Positions 58,979 through 64,000 of a DNA stretch of 64,000 nt are shown here, one piece after another. Location of the stretch: positions 12,693-76,692 of the forward strand of contig DVNC01000021.1 in the NCBI GenBank assembly GCA_018714685.1. The letters run 5' to 3'. The notes under the pieces are model-generated. The model was not told where the DNA came from. It was given only the letters and a program-made list of their open reading frames with translations, and ran no database searches. This stretch comes from Candidatus Scatocola faecipullorum (lineage in GTDB: Bacteria > Pseudomonadota > Alphaproteobacteria > RF32 > CAG-239). A program made the position numbers and the translations under genes. Each line of letters starts with the position of its first letter. Position 1 is the first letter of the stretch.

Positions 58979-61664
58979 ACTTACGTCCTTTCTTATCCAT
59001 CGGTTTGGGTTCTTTTGAACCGGTAAAACCGTCAATGGCAGTGGACACCGGTTTAATGACGGCCATCGGTACTTTCGGCGCCTTGTTTTCCTGTCCGCAG
59101 ATTTCAAGACCGACGGAATTGATGGCGGTAGTGATCGGAATAAAGAGATCAGGACCGTCTTCAAACTTTTTGCCGGCGTGGGACATGCCGTTGATGGTGC
59201 CATGTTCGTCAATCAGCGCGCCGCCGACGGTTACCGTCTGGACGAAAGTGTCAACGATAATCTCGGCGCCTTTTTCGTCGGAATAGCGGTAGCCGCTGAC
59301 TTTGCCGTTGTTGTCAAGGTAGCCTTCGCCGCCTTCGCTGTCTTCCAGCAGGCCGAGAGCCATATAGCCGCCGGTACCGATTTCCGGCAGTTCAAGGTTC
59401 AGCGACAGCGGCGTGAATTGAGTCTTTTCATCCAGCAGAATCAGGGCCGTATTCTTTTTGATGTTGATACGGACGGCCCGGCCGGAGAGTTCGACGCCGT
59501 TAATGGTCTTAAGGCGGTAACGGTTGTTGTCTTTGACAATCAAATCGGCCGAAGTGAGAACAAACTGATCGGAAATTAACAATCCGGCGCCTTTCATGCC
59601 GTTAGCGTTGGTGACGCCGACAACGGAAGCGCGGACTTTGTAAATGTTTTCCGGTGTCAGTTTGTCGTAAGGTCCGCGGTTAACGACGCAAAGCTGGTTG
59701 CGTTCAATCATATCCTGGGTTTCTTCCGGCGGAATATCAAGCGCAGTCCAAGATTGTCCGTCGGTTTCGACTGCACCGCCGAAGTCAATGACGCCGCCGT
59801 CTTCTTCAACGAAATTGCCGCTTTCCTCGAAACCGCCGCTTTCTTCAATATAAAGGTCGGATTCCGGCTGGCAGTAAGGCTGTTCGATAAAGTCTTCAAC
59901 CATAATCTCCTGTTCTTCTTCAAGAGCGCAGGAAGGTTTGGTTCCGAACAGGTCATCAAAGATTGACGGTTCACAGCCGCGGTTTTCTTTGTGAAGGAAC
60001 GGTACCGGCGACGGGGAGCAGCTGCGGTCTTCCTCATGCAGAAATTCAAACATGGAGGGTTCGCAGAAGTTTCCGTCTTCACAGGCATATTCTTCTTCGT
60101 AATTTCCTTCTTCGACGGTAATCTGTTCGCCGCACTGCGGGTTGCCGTCGGCGTCAAGCGGGCAGAAATCGGGGGGTGTTCCGCTGTCTTCCGCTCCGCC
60201 GCTGAGTTCAATCGCGTTGCCGAATTCGTCAAACTGAACCGTACGGTTTTCGGCTTTGGCCGCCGCATCGGCAATTTCGGCTTCCCGGGCATTCAGGCTG
60301 CCGCCCATATCAATCGTATCGCCGCTTTCTTCGACAGGGGTCACTTCGGCGACGGCGACTTCGGTATCGGAATAATCCTGTGCCGGCTGGTCGAGGATTA
60401 ACGTCTGATTGTCCTGGGCATATTGTCCGTTGCCGGCCGAACCGCCCAGTTCTTCAATGGAGCCGCTGCAGTCAGGATTGTCTGCCGGGCAGATTGACAG
60501 CAGTTCGGGTTCGGTTTGCGCCGTGCACATTTGCCCGTCAGCTGCCGTGCCGCCGTTTTCCTGCAGCGGGCAAAGCGTTTGGGCCTGTTTGATTTCAGGC
60601 TGATATTGGCATTTGACCGGGTCGTTCATGCGTTCCATGGCGATAAGCGCCTGTTTTTGAGCCTCTAAATCTTCCGGGGTTTGACGAACGGCCAACTGAT
60701 CTTCAAAGCCGGGAAGCTGGCGCAGATTGTCAACGGCATCGGCAAAAGCCCGTTCGATTAAAATCATTTCGGCATTGTATTCTCCGTCGGGAACCTCGGA
60801 ATAGCCGTTGGATTCCCCTTTCCAGAGAACGTTAGATTTACTGAGGTCCATTAAACGCCAAGTGACGGTCATCTGTGCGGATCCGGTGCGCAGATTGGCT
60901 TTTTCGGCGTCTTTCCAGTCATATTCGTCGCAGAGGTTCATAAAGTAATCGGTGATTTCGGCCGTCAGTACATATTCCGGCAGCGGTTTGTTGACGCCTG
61001 AAAGGCAAACGTCGTTGGGAATTTTGACAATATTGTAGCAGTCGCTGACCTTGTCTTCAAAAATACGGATAAATTCCATATCTTTTTGAATAATGCGTCC
61101 CTCATTTAAAACGGCATGACGCTGGTCGCGCCGGCAGCCGAAGATGCGGAAACGATAATTGCCGAGCCGGCGCGAATAAGTGCGGTCACGGCCTTTTTTG
61201 ATACGGAAATCCACCCATTCCAGCTGGAGAGGGGCAAAATCGCCGCAGCGGTGGTGTATGGTTTGGAAAATGTCTTCTTCCAAGGTAATGTAGTTTTTGA
61301 TATGCGGACGGGGTTTAACCGGTTTGGGCTGATCGCCGCAGTCTTCGCAGGGAAGTTTGATTCTCTTGCAGGTTTGCGGTCCGAACATGGCGCCGCCGCA
61401 AGTGCGCCGGGTGCAGTCGTTGTCGCCGAATATGGGGCCTTCGTTAAATTTGCGGTTGCTTTTGGCTTTTGTCCTGGGCTGAAAATTGTTGTTAAAAACG
61501 GCGCGAGTTCCCTGTGAGCGCGGGGTGACGCGTTCCAGGTTGCGTTCAATCTGGCGGCTGATGATTTTGACTTCTCCGGTGTCGTCCGCCGCGGCGGGCA
61601 GGCTTAAACCGGCAGCAAAGACGGCTGAGAAAAGTAAAAACGGCGCAGATTTTAAAATTTTCAT
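58977..61664 (-). CDS. Large secreted acidic Cys-rich protein (895 aa) with C-terminal degenerate trypsin-like (S1) domain
   Basis: Sec signal peptide (MKILKSAPFLLFSAVFAAGLSLPAAA). Long D/E/C-rich central region. The C-terminal domain resembles chymotrypsin-fold peptidases, but TSADLI stands where the TNAHV catalytic His block would be, and VTVGGALID where GNSGGPL would be, so His and Ser appear absent. Confidence 0.55.
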   Translation of the reverse strand: MKILKSAPFLLFSAVFAAGLSLPAAADDTGEVKIISRQIERNLERVTPRSQGTRAVFNNNFQPRTKAKSNRKFNEGPIFGDNDCTRRTCGGAMFGPQTCKRIKLPCEDCGDQPKPVKPRPHIKNYITLEEDIFQTIHHRCGDFAPLQLEWVDFRIKKGRDRTYSRRLGNYRFRIFGCRRDQRHAVLNEGRIIQKDMEFIRIFEDKVSDCYNIVKIPNDVCLSGVNKPLPEYVLTAEITDYFMNLCDEYDWKDAEKANLRTGSAQMTVTWRLMDLSKSNVLWKGESNGYSEVPDGEYNAEMILIERAFADAVDNLRQLPGFEDQLAVRQTPEDLEAQKQALIAMERMNDPVKCQYQPEIKQAQTLCPLQENGGTAADGQMCTAQTEPELLSICPADNPDCSGSIEELGGSAGNGQYAQDNQTLILDQPAQDYSDTEVAVAEVTPVEESGDTIDMGGSLNAREAEIADAAAKAENRTVQFDEFGNAIELSGGAEDSGTPPDFCPLDADGNPQCGEQITVEEGNYEEEYACEDGNFCEPSMFEFLHEEDRSCSPSPVPFLHKENRGCEPSIFDDLFGTKPSCALEEEQEIMVEDFIEQPYCQPESDLYIEESGGFEESGNFVEEDGGVIDFGGAVETDGQSWTALDIPPEETQDMIERNQLCVVNRGPYDKLTPENIYKVRASVVGVTNANGMKGAGLLISDQFVLTSADLIVKDNNRYRLKTINGVELSGRAVRINIKKNTALILLDEKTQFTPLSLNLELPEIGTGGYMALGLLEDSEGGEGYLDNNGKVSGYRYSDEKGAEIIVDTFVQTVTVGGALIDEHGTINGMSHAGKKFEDGPDLFIPITTAINSVGLEICGQENKAPKVPMAVIKPVSTAIDGFTGSKEPKPMDKKGRK

Positions 61665-61676
61665 CTGTAAGGGCTC

Positions 61677-63203
61677 CTAAATTGTTTTGGCAGGCAGCTT
61701 ACGACGGTAAGACAAAGCCTCGGCGATGTGTATTTTAAGAACATTTACGCTACTTTGCAAGTCCGCAATCGTTCTTGCTAACCGTAAAGTGCGGTGATAG
61801 GCTCGGGCCGAGAGCTGATTTTTGTGGGCGAAGTTGATTAAAAGTTCTTCCGCATCTTTGTCAAGGCGGGTAACTTCTTCAAGCAGCCGGCCGCGGAGCT
61901 GTGCATTGGTGCTGAGCTGCGGCTCGTCAAGTTCGATGAAACGTTGTTTTTGAATTTCGCGGGCTCGAATGACTCTCTCTCTGATTGCTGCCGAACTTTC
62001 GCCGGTTTTGACGGCGGCCATTTCCCAAGGGCTGACGGCCGGAACTTCAATATGGATGTCTATACGATCAAGCAAAGGACCGGAAAGCCGGGACTGATAT
62101 TCTTCGGCGCATTTGGGCGCCCGGCTGCATTCGAGGGCCGGATTGCCGAGGTTGCCGCAGCGGCAGGGGTTCATGGCGGCAATCAGCTGAAATTTGGCGG
62201 GATAAACTGTGTGGGCATTGACGCGCGAAATAGTTATATAGCCGTTTTCCAGCGGCTGGCGCAGGGCTTCCAACGCGGTGCGGCTGAATTCTGGCAGTTC
62301 ATCCAGAAACAAGACGCCGTTGTGTGCGAGAGAAATTTCTCCGGGGGCTGCTTTGCGACCGCCGCCGACCAAAGCCGGAGTGGAGGCGGAATGATGCGGG
62401 TCGCGATACGGGCGGCTGAAACAAAGTTTGCCGTCTTTCAATTCGCCGGCAACGGAATGAATCATACTGGTTTCAAGCGCTTCTTCGGCAGTCAGCGGCG
62501 GCAGAATGGAAGGCAGACGGGCGGCCAGCATGGATTTTCCGGCACCGGGCGGGCCTATCATCAGCAGGTTATGTCCGCCCGCGGCTGCGATTTCCAAAGC
62601 CCGCTTGGCGCTTTCCTGTCCTTTGACGTCACTCATGTCGAGAGGCGTTTCGACGGGCATTTGCTTTTCGGCTTGCGGAAAAGGCAGGGTTTGCTGCCCC
62701 TTGAAGTGGTTAATCAGGCTCAACAGACTGTCGGCCGCAAGAATATCTTTCAAGCCGGACCAGACGGCTTCCGGTCCGCAGGCAGCCGGGCAAATCAGTC
62801 CTTTTTCGGCGGCATTGGCGTGAATGGCCACCGGCAGAATGCCGTTAACGGGAATAATCGAGCCGTCCAGCCCGAGTTCACCGAGGGCAACATAACCGGC
62901 AAGCTCTTCTTGGGGAATGATACCCATGCCGGCCAATAGGCCCAGGGCGACCGGCAGGTCGAAATGGGAACCCTCTTTAAGCAAATCGGCAGGGGCAAGA
63001 TTAATGGTGATGCGTTTGGCAGGAAGGCTGAGGCCCAATGCCTGCAAAGCAGCGCGGACGCGTTCGCGGCTTTCGGCCACGGCTTTGTCGGGCAGGCCGA
63101 CAATGGTAAATGCCGGCAGGCCTGAAGCTATCTGAACCTGAAGATCAACGTCCAGAATTTCCAGACCGTTAAAGGCGACCGTGTTTATTCTTGACTGCAT
63201 CAA
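61677..63203 (-). CDS. YifB/ComM family Mg-chelatase-like AAA+ ATPase
   Basis: N-terminal Lon-protease-like domain, Walker A GPPGAGKSMLA, C-terminal ChlI-type domain, 508 aa. Confidence 0.9.
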   Translation of the reverse strand: MMQSRINTVAFNGLEILDVDLQVQIASGLPAFTIVGLPDKAVAESRERVRAALQALGLSLPAKRITINLAPADLLKEGSHFDLPVALGLLAGMGIIPQEELAGYVALGELGLDGSIIPVNGILPVAIHANAAEKGLICPAACGPEAVWSGLKDILAADSLLSLINHFKGQQTLPFPQAEKQMPVETPLDMSDVKGQESAKRALEIAAAGGHNLLMIGPPGAGKSMLAARLPSILPPLTAEEALETSMIHSVAGELKDGKLCFSRPYRDPHHSASTPALVGGGRKAAPGEISLAHNGVLFLDELPEFSRTALEALRQPLENGYITISRVNAHTVYPAKFQLIAAMNPCRCGNLGNPALECSRAPKCAEEYQSRLSGPLLDRIDIHIEVPAVSPWEMAAVKTGESSAAIRERVIRAREIQKQRFIELDEPQLSTNAQLRGRLLEEVTRLDKDAEELLINFAHKNQLSARAYHRTLRLARTIADLQSSVNVLKIHIAEALSYRRKLPAKTI

Positions 63204-63224
63204 ATCCTCTTCAGTCGCGGCCGT

Positions 63225-63560
63225 TTACCAGCGGGGGGTTATTTCCCCGGGGCGCCAACGGCGGGTGGGATAGGTTCCGGTTTTGAGAAAATCGTAATTT
63301 GCCGTTTTGTAAGGAATATCTTCAAAACGGACATATCCTTTGCTTTCAAACAGTTTGGCGCAGGTTTCGGCGGGTTCGTATTTGGTGGAATAGCATTTGA
63401 CGATAACCCGGGTGAAAGGCTGCTGCAGGTTAATCTGGGTTTCCTCGTTGGCGTAGCTGAACCGCTTGGGCATGAGAGGGTTCTCGGCCTTTTCGGGGAA
63501 AGTGCAGGCGCTGACAGCGGCAGCACAGAGCAGGGCAATTGAGGTTTTGAAAATTTTCAT
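63225..63560 (-). CDS. Small lipoprotein (111 aa)
   Basis: Signal peptide with the lipobox AVSAC. Confidence 0.45.
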   Translation of the reverse strand: MKIFKTSIALLCAAAVSACTFPEKAENPLMPKRFSYANEETQINLQQPFTRVIVKCYSTKYEPAETCAKLFESKGYVRFEDIPYKTANYDFLKTGTYPTRRWRPGEITPRW

Positions 63561-63750
63561 TTTTCCGGTTTCCGTTGATTTTATAGACGTAATTTAGCCC
63601 GAAAAGATTAATTTATATTTAAATAATGCTTGAAATTTAAAGGATTTGTTATATAGTACCGCTCGTCCCTTGCCGGTACCGCGGTATCGGCTATACATAA
63701 CCCGGCCGAAAATTTCGGCCATTTGTTGAGAATCCATAAGGAGATAATTT

Positions 63751-64000
63751 ATGGCTAATTATGAAAGCGTGCTGATTGCACGTCAGGATCTCGGTGCCTC
63801 TCAAGTAAGCAATATCGTTTCTGACTTGAGCGATATTATCAAGAAAGAAGGCGGCGAGGTTGTTCGCGTTGATAACTGGGGATTGAAAAACCTGGCTTAC
63901 CGCATCAAGAAAAACCGCAAAGGTCACTACGTTGTTATGAACATTGCCGCTCCGGCCAATGCTATTGCCGAATTCGAAAGAATTATGCGTTTCAACGAAG
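63751..64000 (+). CDS. rpsF: 30S ribosomal protein S6 (partial, continues beyond window)
   Basis: AAGGAG Shine-Dalgarno sequence at 63738-63743, then ATG at 63751. Translation MANYESVLIARQDLGASQVSNIVSDL...WGLKNLAYRIKKNRKGHYVVMN is typical of S6. Not in the track because it has no in-window stop. Confidence 0.85.
   Translation, partial: MANYESVLIARQDLGASQVSNIVSDLSDIIKKEGGEVVRVDNWGLKNLAYRIKKNRKGHYVVMNIAAPANAIAEFERIMRFNE

Noticed and set aside
61944-62939. 331-aa + strand ORF antisense to the comM-like gene
   Set aside because: Gly/Arg-rich translation typical of the antisense frame of a GC-rich gene. The minus-strand YifB/ComM call is unambiguous.
63691-63927. 78-aa minus-strand ORF
   Set aside because: Overlaps the start of rpsF, which has a strong Shine-Dalgarno sequence and a conserved S6 translation.
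1-64000. CRISPR arrays, rRNA or tRNA genes, IS or transposase genes
   Set aside because: I scanned the intergenic regions by eye. I found no regularly spaced repeats, no tRNA-like cloverleaf candidates in the larger gaps, and no transposase-like ORFs. A tRNA scan is still needed to be certain.

Overview
This 64 kb window reads as a near-origin chromosomal segment of an alphaproteobacterium, probably an obligate or facultative intracellular symbiont. The backbone is conserved housekeeping genes in alphaproteobacterial order. These include parB-parA-rsmG-(2 HDIG genes)-mnmG-mnmE-rho, then a DnaA-box region, then coaE-dnaQ. Also present are nth-tsaD, aroK, a Xer recombinase, ksgA-surA-lptD-lptG, fabG-fabD, ftsK, grpE, rph-rdgB, addB-addA-trx, hemW, hslVU, a comM-like gene, and the start of rpsF. 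A partial LpoA-like lipoprotein gene followed by rsmI-yraN opens the window.

Two perfect parS sites are embedded in rsmG and mnmG. The rho-coaE intergenic region (19.55-20.03 kb) carries DnaA boxes and three TTAA-N7-TTAA motifs, so I take it as the likely oriC. I found no rRNA, tRNA, CRISPR arrays or transposases.

The findings worth a second look are these:
- A strand-biased 14-mer (ACAC[C/T]GTATTTAAA) occurs 8 times, in different reading frames, inside coding sequence across 11.2-16.3 kb around the parS sites.
- An AT-rich three-gene islet at 35.7-37.3 kb carries an XRE regulator, a eukaryote-like serum-amyloid-A (SAA) domain protein, and a Cys-rich membrane protein.
- An ADP-dependent (archaeal/eukaryotic-type) sugar kinase sits at 24.85-26.25 kb, and an unusually long GT5 glycogen/starch-synthase-like gene at 42.4-44.5 kb.
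- The hemW gene has an N-terminal DUF559 endonuclease-like extension containing direct repeats and a perfect palindrome.
- A large secreted acidic Cys-rich protein ends in a trypsin-like domain that has lost its catalytic residues.
- Three paralogous HDIG phosphohydrolase genes are present, two of them inserted between rsmG and mnmG.
- Two adjacent unrecognisable ORFs lie between an XRE regulator gene and ksgA.

All calls come from reading the translations and the DNA by eye. No database search was run.
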